Origin: Octopus bimaculoides
Taxonomy: Eukaryota
Assembly: GCF_001194135.2 (NCBI RefSeq)
Contig: NC_068998.1
Span: forward strand, 38,588,819 to 38,652,761
Direction: 5' to 3'
Length of the DNA stretch: 63,943 nt
The notes under the pieces were generated by a model. It did no database searches. It saw only the letters and a list, made by a program, of their open reading frames with translations, and was not told where the DNA came from. Each line of letters starts with the position of its first letter. The first letter of the stretch is position 1. Positions 52,331-63,480 of the stretch are shown here, one piece after another. Both the position numbers and the translations under genes were made by a program.

Positions 52331-53970
52331 AATGAGGATGAGGATGTTTGTGGCTTTGCCAACTCTTTATGAAGCTTAAATGTGAGCTACACTCTATAGG
52401 AGAGAATACTCATAGGACCAGTTGTTGTTTAATACTGTGCTACACAATATTTGTCCTTGGTTAGCAACTGTTATTTCCTATTTGCTTATCCCTAGAAAGT
52501 ATGAACAATGGCAGATATTTCCTTCAAACTTTGCTTTTCTTACAATTATTCAACCCCCAAAGAGTCTCTCTCAACACATTGCTATGATGCTCTACCATTA
52601 CTCCTGCTCATGATCAGAGATGTACATACTGACAGCCACTAAGGGACATGCTCAAGTGATTAATGTCAAGCAACTGACAAGCAAATCTGTGGTATTGAGC
52701 GAAATATTTGCTATAACGATATTTCTGCTTCAGCAACTCAGCGCTGAATCTGTCTGAAATGTAATGGAAAATAGATCTGTTTCAAAACATTGATGGCCAG
52801 GTCAGAAAAGCAAAGTTTAAAGGGAATAATAGTAATTTCCTTTGGTTTCTAGATAAAAGCAAATAAGAAATAGCTCTTACTAACCAAAGACAAAAAAGAA
52901 AAATTGTTATTCAGTGTAATCGACAGTTACACCTTCAGTATTGTTTTGAAAGAAAATATAAACTCTGACATTGCCATCAGCTTTGGTAAATTAACTTTCA
53001 GCCACCAACACTTAACAACCTTCTGTTCAACGCTGAACTTAAATCCTGATATGAACCATGAGAAGGTCAAAGAAAACTGTTCCAGTATATTGTCTCTTGG
53101 TTCAGCCCATTAATTTTTGTGCCTTAGTTGCTTCACCTGTATCACTGATATCATTGGAAATAAATTTGATAATTAAGAAAAAAAAAGGGGGAGGGAGTAG
53201 AGTTAAAAGGTAGNNNNNNNNNNTATTGTCTCTTGGTTCAGCCCATTAATTTTTGTGCCTTAGTTGCTTCACCTGTATCACTGATATCATTGGAAATAAA
53301 TTTGATAATTAAGAAAAAAAAAGGGGGAGGGAGTAGAGTTAAAAGGTAGGGAAATATGAAAGCCTTAGGGTACACTGACAAAGACTTCAGGAAATAAATC
53401 TAGCATTCTTTTTTTTTTTTTTTAATTAACACAGAATCTAGAATTATTTCTTTTTATTCTTTTAATTAACACAAAAATTGTGGTTTTTGGATTCATTTGT
53501 TCTAGTCTCCAGGCATCAATAATGTCTGTTTAATCCTTTCAGGTTTTCATTTAAATGTAATTAGACTTGAGTGTGTTAAATACTGAGAAGCCATGTTTAT
53601 ATTTTCTATCAGGATATGAAGAAGATGTTTCAAGTGAGAATTGCCATCTAATCTAACTGGTCTAATTTAAAACGTGGTCTCATGCCTATGCAAACAGAAT
53701 GCGAAGGCAACAATCAATAAAATGCCAAGCAAAATACAATGGTATTTAGGTATGTCCTTTTCTGAGTTCAAAACGCATTCAGGCTGATTTCACAGTTCAA
53801 TTGTTCTAAGATTGGTAAAATAAGTACCAGTCATATACTGGGGTTTGATGTGATCAAACTATACAGCACTAAATAAAAACATTTGCAGCTTGTGTCTATG
53901 TTAGAAATTATCATTATCAACATCGTTGTCATTGTCGTTGTTGTCGTCACTGTCATCATCGTCATCATTG

Positions 53971-54002
<32 letters not shown>

Positions 54003-54034
54003 GTCACCCTCACCATCATCATCATCATTGTCTA

Positions 54035-54622
54035 AGGAGGTGAGTTAGTAAAATTGTCAGCACAGAGGACGAAATGCTTTTCGTTCTGAGTTCAAACACT
54101 GCCAGGATCGACTTTGCCTTTCATCCTTTTGGGGTTCATAAAATAAGTACCAGTTATGTACTGGGGTTGATGTAATCCATTATTCTAGGCCTTGTGCCAA
54201 CAATAGCAAAAGGTTAAACCAGACAAAATGCTTAGTGGCATTTTGTCCATCTTTATGCTCTGAGTTCAAAGCATAAAGATTGACTAAGATTGACTTTACC
54301 TTTTGTCCTTTCGAGGTCAATGAAACAAGTACCAGTTGAGCACTGGGGTCATTGTAATCAAGTGACCACCCTCCCCAAAATTTCGGGCCTTCTGCTTATA
54401 GTGGAAACATATCATTATTATTATTATTATTATAGCAGTAAGCTGGCCGAAATGTTAGCACGCCAGGCAAAATGCTAAGCAGTATTTCATCTGATTTTAC
54501 GTCCTGAGTTAAAATTCTGTTGAGGTCAATAAATTAAGTAACAGTTGCGTACTGGGGTCGGTCGATCTGATCAACTGGCCCCCTCCCCCAAAATTTCAGG
54601 CCTTGTGCCTATAATAGAAAAG

Positions 54623-54665
<43 letters not shown>
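54035..54665 (+). mobile_element. Cluster of 3-4 decayed SINE family A copies
   Basis: Repeated gttctgagttcaaa...actttgcctttcatcctttt...taagtaccag and (att)n tails. Confidence 0.78.
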
Positions 54666-54669
<4 letters not shown>

Positions 54670-54849
54670 CTAACATATTGAATTTCTTATTGTTTCTTCA
54701 GTTTAAAATTGATCTGTGGATATAAAGCTAAATTTGGTTCAATATTAAATGTAAAACTAATTTAATATGAGTGACCTGAAGTTCTGGAGTGATTTCCAAC
54801 TGGTCAGTTTTAGTAGTGGTCATGTTAAATTAAAAGTAAGAGACAGTTT

Positions 54850-55040
54850 ACCAATTAAAGTAAAAGCAACAAGCGATTGGTCAGTTACTGTTAAAAGCAA
54901 AGATACGATTGACCAGTTGAAATAAAAGTAAGAGTTCATTGGTCAGTTAAACAACAAAAAAGCTAGACATGATTGATAAGGCAAAACTATTGCCAATCTT
55001 GATTGGCTGATTGAAATAAAACTAGTCCAATCTGATTGGT
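54850..55040. promoter_or_regulatory. Array of CCAAT/ATTGG boxes in a degenerate ~32-bp repeat; candidate NF-Y-type promoter
   Basis: ATTGG or ATTGA at 54876, 54908, 54938, 54972, 55002 and 55035; CCAAT at 54851, 54993 and 55027. The function is inferred. Confidence 0.45.
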
Positions 55041-56128
55041 CAGACAAAAGTAATATTAGTCCAGTATGAACTATTGATTATAGTCTGTCGCCTAAACTCA
55101 AGCTGCTGCTTTTGCTGCTGCTGCTGCCACAGCTACTGCTGCTTCTCCAAACCATTTTAGCGGAACTGAGAATCTATGTATTGAATAAAACACAATGTGA
55201 GGCTGTCTGGTTTGCTTTAACAGACCTACTTGAGACTTGAGATGCCAGACATGTGAAATTGAACAATTTTATCTTGGTTTTGCTGCGACAGTAAAAGTTG
55301 CTATTTCTATTCCTATTGCTAATCTTTGTCTTTATATGTTAGCAACAACATACACTGAGTTAATATTGCTGAACAGATTTTAAATAATATTTTGTTGTTG
55401 TTTACTTTTTTTTTCTTTCTTTATTTTTTTCCGTTTTGTTTTTGAGATGAAATATCGGTTTCTTTTTAACTACTCACAAGGGATAATTGATTGAATGGTA
55501 GTATTTTAATATATTTCTGGCACATTCTTTATCACCCATGGAAAGAAGAAAAGTACAGTTGAATCCAGTAGTCCAGGCCATACACACTGTCCCCATCATC
55601 ACCATCATCATCATCGTCATCATCATGAAAGCCATCAATACCACTACCACCCTTACCACAACCACTTATAAAGCCTTACATCGTACATACATATGTGTAT
55701 GTATATTTATATAACTATCTATATATTTATGTATATANNNNNNNNNNNNNNNNNNNNNNNNNNNNNNNNNNNNNNNNNNNNNNNNNNNNNNNNNNNNNNN
55801 NNNNNNNNNNNNNNNNNNNNNNNNNNNNNNNNNNNNNNNNNNNNNNNNNNNNNNNNNNNNNNNNNNNNNNNNNNNNNNNNNNNNNNNNNNNNNNNNNNNN
55901 NNNNNNNNNNNNNNNNNNNNNNNNNNNNNNNNNNNNNNNNNNNNNNNNNNNNNNNNNNNNNNNNNNNNNNNNNNNNNNNNNNNNNNNNNNNNNNNNNNNN
56001 NNNNNNNNNNNNNNNNNNNNNNNNNNNNNNNNNNNNNNNNNNNNNNNNNNNNNNNNNNNNNNNNNNNNNNNNNNNNNNNNNNNNNNNNNNNNNNNNNNNN
56101 NNNNNNNNNNNNTATATATACCTATGTA

Positions 56129-56345
56129 CCAGGGGGTGTTGTAAATTTCCTGGCTTTAAGGGTATTGTGAAAGGCCTGGTTGGAGGCCCAACCTTCCGAG
56201 TTCTTTTACAGGGCTTGGAAAAACCGAAGGACCACTGCAATGAGTGTGTGAATCTGAGAGGGGAATATGTAGAGTAAAATCATAATCAATTGAACCTCCA
56301 GTATTTTCTTCAACCCAAAGCCAGGAACTTTTCAGCACCCCCTCA
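56129..56345 (+). mobile_element. Mariner-derived MITE
   Basis: TIRs ccagggggtgttgtaaatttcctggcttt / aaagccaggaacttttcagcaccccctc. The interior keeps a mariner-like C-terminus QGLEKPKDHCNECVNLRGEYVE*. Confidence 0.82.
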
Positions 56346-56699
56346 CGCACACGCACATGTGCATGCACACACACACGCACACACATACATAATTGTATGG
56401 CTGTGTGGTTGGGAAGCAAGCTTCTCAACCACACAGCCATACACAAGGTCTTGGGTTCAGTTCCACAGTGAAATGTCTTAGGTCAGTTTCTATTAATATA
56501 GCCCTGGGCTGACCATAACCTTATGAGTAGATTTGGTAAATGGAACTAGAAGAAGACAATTAAACCCTTCAGTACCTTTTCCAGCTTATTTCAAACAAAG
56601 GCTCATATATCCCTTACTAACCACCTCACCTAGCATTTTTGAATGCTGTTTATTTGTTTATTTCTATTTCTTTCATGTTTGTGACTGTATGTGTTCATT

Positions 56700-56867
56700 T
56701 CTGAATGTTCTGATGATTTCAGAGTGTTTAGAATGCTTTTTCTGCTTTGGTACTGGCAATATGTTTCCATCTTCAGTCTCTAGCTCCTTGCAAACTTTGT
56801 AGATGAAAGACCTGGCAGCTTTTAAAAATCGGGATATTTCTAACGAGATATTTCTAAATCACTATGG
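56700..56867 (-). mobile_element. maT family 1 internal fragment
   Basis: Matches 16775-16925 (ttctgatgatttcagag...ccatcttcagtctctagctcctt...gatatttctaaatc). Confidence 0.82.
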
Positions 56868-57389
56868 GCAATGGATATTAAGTGATGATGATGATGATGA
56901 TGATATTATGTTTGTTTGGTTGGAGTCAACTCATGACTGAGTAAGACCACTTTCTAAATTTAAAAAGTCCATACAAATGTTCCAAGAGTCCAAAAAGTTT
57001 CAGTCTGAGAATTTCTTTTGAGTGGATAAAATATTGCATAGCACTGAATCAGCTATAAGCCTTGTTAACCATACATGCACACATACATATACACACACAT
57101 ATCCATCCATCCATCCATCCATACATACATACATACATACATACATACATCCACATATAAGCATGTACATATTTAACTAAGCACTCACATACACAAACAC
57201 ACACATGCACACACACATAAAAGCAGAAAGATAGCTAGGGATATGTACACGTGGGTGTATGTGGGTGTGTGTTGGTGGGTATGTGCATGTAGATAGATAC
57301 ATAGATAGATAGATAGACAGATACATAGATATATACATATATACATAGACAACAGACAAATAGACAGACGGACGGAGGGATAGATAGAC

Positions 57390-57427
<38 letters not shown>

Positions 57428-58162
57428 GGAGGTAGAAACATATATACATAGACAACAGACAGACAGACAGATAGATAGATATGAACCTGAATTTAGTCTC
57501 AATGGCTTTAGCTTCAACTGTGATTAAGCACAATGCAGTTTTGCCAACAACCAGACACAAAACCTTTGACCATTTGCCTGTTTGTTTAGCATTCTCTCAA
57601 CCCAATGCTATTCGCATGGAAACACACTCATGGGGTTATATTCTTTCTGGCTACAGAAAAACTATTCAGTTTCCAGAAGGTTCCATCTCTTGATTCAAAT
57701 CAGAAGCTCAAACAATTAAATTTTCATGTCTTACAGCTGACACACACACACACACACACACACACACAACATGCATGCACAAATGCATGCATACAAAACG
57801 CAGACGCACACACGCATGCATTCATACAGCCTTACAGAGGAATGTCGTTCTTTGGAAGAAGCTCCTGTCACAGTTAAGCGTTAAGACATATTGATTTCTT
57901 CTGACTCAGTAGAAAAAAAAACAAACAAGTTTTTAGCATGCGGTTTGATTGAACCAAACTAGGTTTATTACGGGTGTTTACTTTAGCAAACCCTTAGGGT
58001 TGAAAATCAGAGTCAGTTCTGGGAGGATTTAAATTCAGTGCACAGAACAACAATAGAGGTTTTAATCCATTGTTCCTTCATTTCTATCAACCCTCCTGTC
58101 TTTAAACCTATGAAGGAAACATCTATGTGGTTTCTTGTATTGCAAGAAATAGTAAGCAAATA

Positions 58163-58393
58163 GGGCGGTGAGCTGGCAGAAACGTTAGCATACCGGGCGA
58201 AATGCTTAGTGGTATTTCGTCTGCCGTCACGTTCTGAGTTCAAATTCCGCCGAGGTCAACTTTGCCTTTTATCCTTTCAGGGTTGATTAAATAAATACCA
58301 GTTACGCAGTGGGGTCGATATAATCGACTTAATCCATTTGTTTGTCCTTGTTTGTCCCCTCTGTGTGTAGCCCCTTGTGGGCAGTAAAGAAAG
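58163..58393 (+). mobile_element. SINE family A (tail A1) with target-site duplication
   Basis: aagaaatagtaagcaaat (58144-58161) vs aagaaatagtaggcaaat (58394-58411). Confidence 0.92.
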
Positions 58394-59009
58394 AAGAAAT
58401 AGTAGGCAAATTTCACTCAAATCACATCTTTTTTTTTTTTTTTAAAGAAAGATGTGTTGGATATAGTGTATCTGAGAGATAAAAGACAGGATGGTCATAC
58501 CTGGAAGGATTTGATCATAATTCTGTTTGGTCAAACAAGCACAAGTCGTCATTGTAATATCTGATTTTTAAAAATTGACAAACAAGGACTGGTTTATAAC
58601 AGGGAACAAAATGAGACTGTGTGATGTTCATTCTTTTCTAAAGGATTTTTATTTTTTAATCAAGTGAAATAAGACAGGTTTGACCGGGGTTTGAAACTAG
58701 ATGGCAGACTCAACCAGTTGGAAGATTACTTCTGGTTAAAGAGACTTATTATATGAATACAAAGGTTTTATCTGTTAAGGTGGTAGCTAAGGATGGATGG
58801 TTCGGAAGCTGTAACATTCATGCCTCTATAAAGAGCATTAGTGATGTTCGAGAATTGAATAGGTAAATTGAATAGGTAAATAAAGCCTGAATTCATGAAG
58901 TGCAAACAGCTTGTGATACATATCTGCTTACTGTTTACATGTCTACTTGCCACTTGGCACACAAATAATTAATATTTATCTACTGTAAGACGATGAACTG
59001 GGAGAATCA

Positions 59010-59590
59010 TTAACATGCCAAGCAAAATGCTTTGCAGAATTTCGTCTGTCTTTACGTTTTGAGTTCAAATGCTACCAAGGTCAACTTTCATCCTTTTGGG
59101 GTCGATAGAATAAGTACCAGTTGTGTAATGGGGTCGATGTAATTGACTTATCTCATCCCTTGAAATTCCTGGCCTTGTGCCAAAATCAATATTTATCTAC
59201 CATAAGGCAGCAAGCTGGCAGAATCATTAGCGCACCGGGCAAAATGCTTAGTGATATTTTGCCTGCCGTTATGTTCTGAGTTCAAATTCTGCCGAGGTCG
59301 ACTTTGCCTTTCATCCTTTCGGGGTCAATAGATTAAGTACCAGTTATGCACTGGAGTCGATGTAATCGACTTAATCTCTCTGTCTGTCCTAGCTTGTCCC
59401 CTCTATGTTTAGCCCCTTGTGGGCAATAAAGAAATAAGAATCATTAGCATGCCAGGCAAAATGCTTAGCAGTATTTCATCATTCTTTATGTTCTGAGTTC
59501 AAATTCTGCTGAGGCCAACTTTGCCTTTTATTCTTTCAGGGTCAATAGAATAAATACCAGTTGAATACTGGTGTTGATGTAATTGACTTA
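59010..59590 (+). mobile_element. Three tandem SINE family A copies
   Basis: ~59010-59185 (A2), ~59205-59440 (A1), ~59440-59590 (partial). Confidence 0.83.
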
Positions 59591-59610
59591 TTATTATTAT
59601 TATTATTATT

Positions 59611-59685
59611 CAGGTCACTGCCTGGAATCAAACTCGGAATCTTGGGGTTAGTAGCCCATGCTCTTAACCACTATGCCATATGCCC
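59611..59685 (-). mobile_element. Short tRNA-derived retroposon with cctg(aat)n tail
   Basis: gggcatatggcatagtggttaagagc...gagtttgattccaggcagtgacctg then (aat)n; A- and B-box-like motifs. Confidence 0.65.
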
Positions 59686-59699
59686 TTAGAAAAGAGAAA

Positions 59700-59852
59700 G
59701 CAGGTTCAAAATTTCCCCAAGACACCTGATGAAGGCTGGAGGGTATATCAGCCGAAACGTTGTGTTCATAACAAACAAGATGAGGACGACTATCTGTCAA
59801 ATGTAAATAATGCAAATAATGTACATAATTCCTCATCTCTTAAATATAGAAC
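59700..59852 (+). mobile_element. Penelope-like pseudo-LTR, solo copy
   Basis: Second copy at 42190-42340 (-); carries a hammerhead motif. Confidence 0.75.
59721..59766 (+). ncRNA. Minimal type I hammerhead ribozyme motif
   Basis: Stem I GACAC/GTGTT, core CTGATGA, extra A, stem II GGCTG/CAGCC, GAAAC, palindromic AACGTT in place of stem III, GUU triplet. Confidence 0.8.
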
Positions 59853-59854
59853 TG

Positions 59855-60365
59855 TAATACCAGTAATAACTGAAGCATTGGGTATGATAAAAAACATATG
59901 AACGAAAATGTAGAAGCTCTACCTGGTTCCTCAACACTACACACTGTCCAAAAAATAGCCCTGCTAAGAACAGCCCACATCCTTTGCAAGATACTATAGA
60001 TTCAATAATACAACCTAAACAAAACAATCCACAAATACAAGACACATTCTATACAATAAATATCCAATAAAATAGATAATCACCACATGTACTCTACAGG
60101 CCGGATACCCAACAGAAGAACAGCAGGAATTACACACACAACACACAATACCGCCAATACAAACACTAATATAACAAAAGACTGCGACCAGACCCCATAA
60201 CAAAACAAACGGATGCAATACAATATGAAGGTCTTGCATTCCCTCAACAGCAAAAATAAAAGAGCACACAATGCTGCACACACCTTAGCAATATGGGGGT
60301 GTAGCAGGTGATGCAATAGAAATCTGCCTGAAACTATCAAATGTCAAATAATAATAACAACAATA
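59855..60365 (+). mobile_element. R4/Dong-like 3' end, same family as 34245-34650
   Basis: ALGMIK...VQKIALLRTAHILCKIL*; the UTR aligns with the reverse complement of 34245-34650; (AAT)n tail. Confidence 0.85.
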
Positions 60366-60414
60366 ATAATAATAATAATAATTATTATTATTATTATTAT
60401 TATTATTATAATCC

Positions 60415-60615
60415 TTTCTACTATAGGCCTGAAATTTTGGGAGAAGAGGCCAGTCGATTAGATCAACCCAAGTATGCAACTGTTACTTAATTTATCGACC
60501 CTGAAAGGATGAAAGATGAAGTCAACTCCAGCAGAATTTGAACTCAGAATGTAGCAACAAGCGAAATACTGCTAAGAATTTCATCCAGCATGCTAACAAT
60601 TCTGCCAGCTCACCT
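60415..60615 (-). mobile_element. SINE family A (tail A2)
   Basis: atcctttctactataggcctgaaatttt...gaaaggatgaaag...ctgccagctcacc. Confidence 0.82.
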
Positions 60616-61020
60616 AATAATAATGATGAATGATGATGATGATGATGATGGTGATGATAATATTGATGAATGATGATAATAATGATGATGATGATGAAGA
60701 TGACGACGATGATGATGATGATGACAATGACAACAATGATGACGATGATAACAATGATGATTATGATAATGATTTCAACATACGCTTTTCCATGGATTAG
60801 ACAAGTGTTTCCCAACTTATTCTCACCCACCCCACAGGTCCCACTGTAACTTTCCAGTAAAATGATATACCCTATCAGTGGTTGGAAAAAAACTTTATAC
60901 ATAATACTTCTTAACTCTTAACCCTTTAATTACCATATTTCTTTTGAAATACACTGACTAGGTTTCAGTTAATTAAAAAAAAAAAAAGAAATTAGTGAAA
61001 TAATTTTGTCATTAATAGCA

Positions 61021-61093
61021 GGCTGTTTAGCTTAATGGTAAAGTACTCGGCCAATATCCAAGGGGTGCAGGTTCGAGTCCTGTAGTATAGCTT
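61021..61093 (+). pseudogene. tRNA pseudogene or tRNA-derived head, AAT (Ile) at the anticodon position
   Basis: D stem GCTT/AAGT, anticodon stem CTCGG/CCAAG with one mismatch, T arm GCAGG-TTCGAGT-CCTGT. C at position 33 and an imperfect acceptor stem. Confidence 0.5.
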
Positions 61094-61104
61094 GTGCAGA
61101 TGAA

Positions 61105-61432
61105 GGCACCTGGCTCAATGGTTACAGCATTGGGCTCACAATCATGAGGTAGTGAGTTCAATTCCTGGACTGGGCTGTATGTTGTGTTCTTGAGCAAGAC
61201 ACTTTATTCGTGTTGCTCCAGTTCACTCAGCTGCAGAAATGAGTTCTGACGTCACTGGTGCCAAGCTGTAGCAGTCTTTGTCTTTCCCTTGGATAACATC
61301 AGTGGTGTGGAGAGAGGAGGCTGGTATGCATGGGTGACTGCTGTTCTTCCATAAACAATTTTGCCAGAACTTGATCCTTGGAGGGGAAGTTTCTAGGTGC
61401 AATCCCACGGTCATTCATGACTGAAGGGGGCC
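61105..61432 (+). mobile_element. tRNA-headed SINE sharing its 5' half with family C but with a different 3' body
   Basis: Shares gtgttcttgagcaagacactt...gctccagttcactcagctg..aaatgagt, then diverges to gcctttcccttggataac-like ... tttctaggtgcaatcccacggtcattcatgac. Confidence 0.75.
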
Positions 61433-61516
61433 TTTATATTTTCCTTTGTCATTTATTAAGCTGGTATTTGAGACATAAATCAATATGAAATTTTGAAGAA
61501 AGTTTTTTAAATTCAA

Positions 61517-61736
61517 CCTTTCAGCATTCATATTATTCTGTCAATTGTAAAGCTTATGTATTCACACCATTTTAAATTAATCATACATTATTTCATGGCT
61601 TCGAGATTTCAATGATGTGATTGTTTATTTTTAAAATGACACTGTAAGGTAGCAATGAAAGACAATATCTGACCAGTTTGAAGATAAAACAGGTAGAATA
61701 TTTTGGCCAGATATGGTTAGTTTAAACACTAAAGGG
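61517..61736. mobile_element. piggyBac-type MITE nested in 60922-61808
   Basis: tcaa-cctttcagc ... ctaaaggg-ttaa; same family as 40396-40610. Confidence 0.82.
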
Positions 61737-63164
61737 TTAAATCACTTTAAGACCAGAAGTTTTTATGATAGGACCTAGGCAGTCTGAGGCAGGCTGGTCT
61801 CAAAAGGGTTAAAGAAATAGCCACACTCGGGCATAAGAATAGTGCCAAAATGTATCAAACCGTCTTCACACAGTATGCTTGACTGGAGGGATTGGCGTGG
61901 CTAGGCTGAGTATAGACGTAGTATGTTTTGCTGTGAAAAAAATATTTTCCCAATTCCATGTCCTACAAAAAAGAAAACAAATTTGGATCCCACACCCCTC
62001 TAGAATTTACCCAGGCCCCTACCAGTGGGGTGTATGCCCCATGTTGAATAAGACCTTTCTATGGCTGGATGCTCTTCCTGTTACCAACACTCCCACTTGT
62101 TTTCAAGTGAAGTAACCCCTTCCCTCCCAGGCTATCAAGCAACAAACTGCTTGAACATGCCTACATGGAGAACCGGAAACAAACGAGACAGTATGAATAT
62201 GCCTTTTGTTGGCAAAGATCACAAAACATGCCAAGAAGCCTAGACATGCTTTCACAATGTATTGTAAGAAAATCACATGGTTAGCTTCTGTCAACCTAAT
62301 TTCAGCCACAGCACATGGGCTGACTTGAGCAGTGACCTTATGGTGACATGCCATGGAGTTGAACCCAAGACTACATGATTGGCAAAATAAACTTTGTAAC
62401 CACTTGACCATACTTTATCTAAGCGTGTGCGCGCACACACACACTCACACACACACACACACACACACGCGCACACACACACACAAACACACACAAATAC
62501 ACACACACACATGCATATACACATAAATTTCCTCTCCCCTACCAGATTCTTCTCTTTCTACTCATAAAAAAAGACTCAAAAATAAAGATAAATGGAAAAA
62601 AAAAAATGAAGAAAACTGAGTAAATTTATGTATATGTGTGTGTTTGTGCGTATATATATATATATATANNNNNNNNNNNNNNNNNNNNNNNNNNNNNNNN
62701 NNNNNNNNNNNNNNNNNNNNNNNNNNNNNNNNNNNNNNNNNNNNNNNNNNNNNNNNNNNNNNNNNNNNNNNNNNNNNNNNNNNNNNNNNNNNNNNNNNNN
62801 NNNNNNNNNNNNNNNNNNNNNNNNNNNNNNNNNNNNNNNNNNNATATATATATGCATGTATGTACTTATACACACACACACACACACACACATGTATGTA
62901 TGTATGATGTATGAGTGTGTATAAATATGTGTGCGTGTGGTTATAAATGTATGAATGGAAAAGCATTTCTTAGGGCAATATATATATATATATATATATA
63001 CATATATATATGCATGTATGTACTTATACACACACACACACATGTATGCATGTATGATGTATGAGTGTGTATAAATATATGTGTGCGTGTGGTTATAAAT
63101 GTATGAATGGAAAAGCATTTCTTAGGGCAATTGGGCTACGAAAGAAGACAGCAAACAATAGCAG

Positions 63165-63348
63165 TAACAATGACGGCAACAACAACAACAACTACCACCA
63201 CCACCACCACCACTACTACTACTACAAACAATAAAAACTACTACTACTACTCTATTACTACTACTACTACCACTACTACTATAACAAACAACAACTACTA
63301 CTACTACTACCACTACTACCACTACTACCACCACTACTACTACCACTA

Positions 63349-63381
<33 letters not shown>

Positions 63382-63402
63382 TAACAAACGACAACAACAA
63401 CA

Positions 63403-63461
<59 letters not shown>

Positions 63462-63480
63462 AGCAATAACAACAACAACA
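63165..63480. repeat. Compound (ACA)/(ACC)/(ACT) trinucleotide tract
   Basis: Direct reading; explains ORFs 63107..63469, 63122..63403 and 63279..63569. Confidence 0.9.

Larger units (their letters stand above)
60922..61808. mobile_element. Second piggyBac-type MITE carrying nested insertions
   Basis: TTAA-CCCTTT at 60918-60927 and AAAAGGG-TTAA at 61802-61812. Confidence 0.65.

Noticed and set aside
58684-58870. Open frame ...LSVKVVAKDGWFG...ISDVRELN resembling a cadherin repeat
   Set aside because: Lacks the DxND and other cadherin signatures and a convincing splice acceptor.
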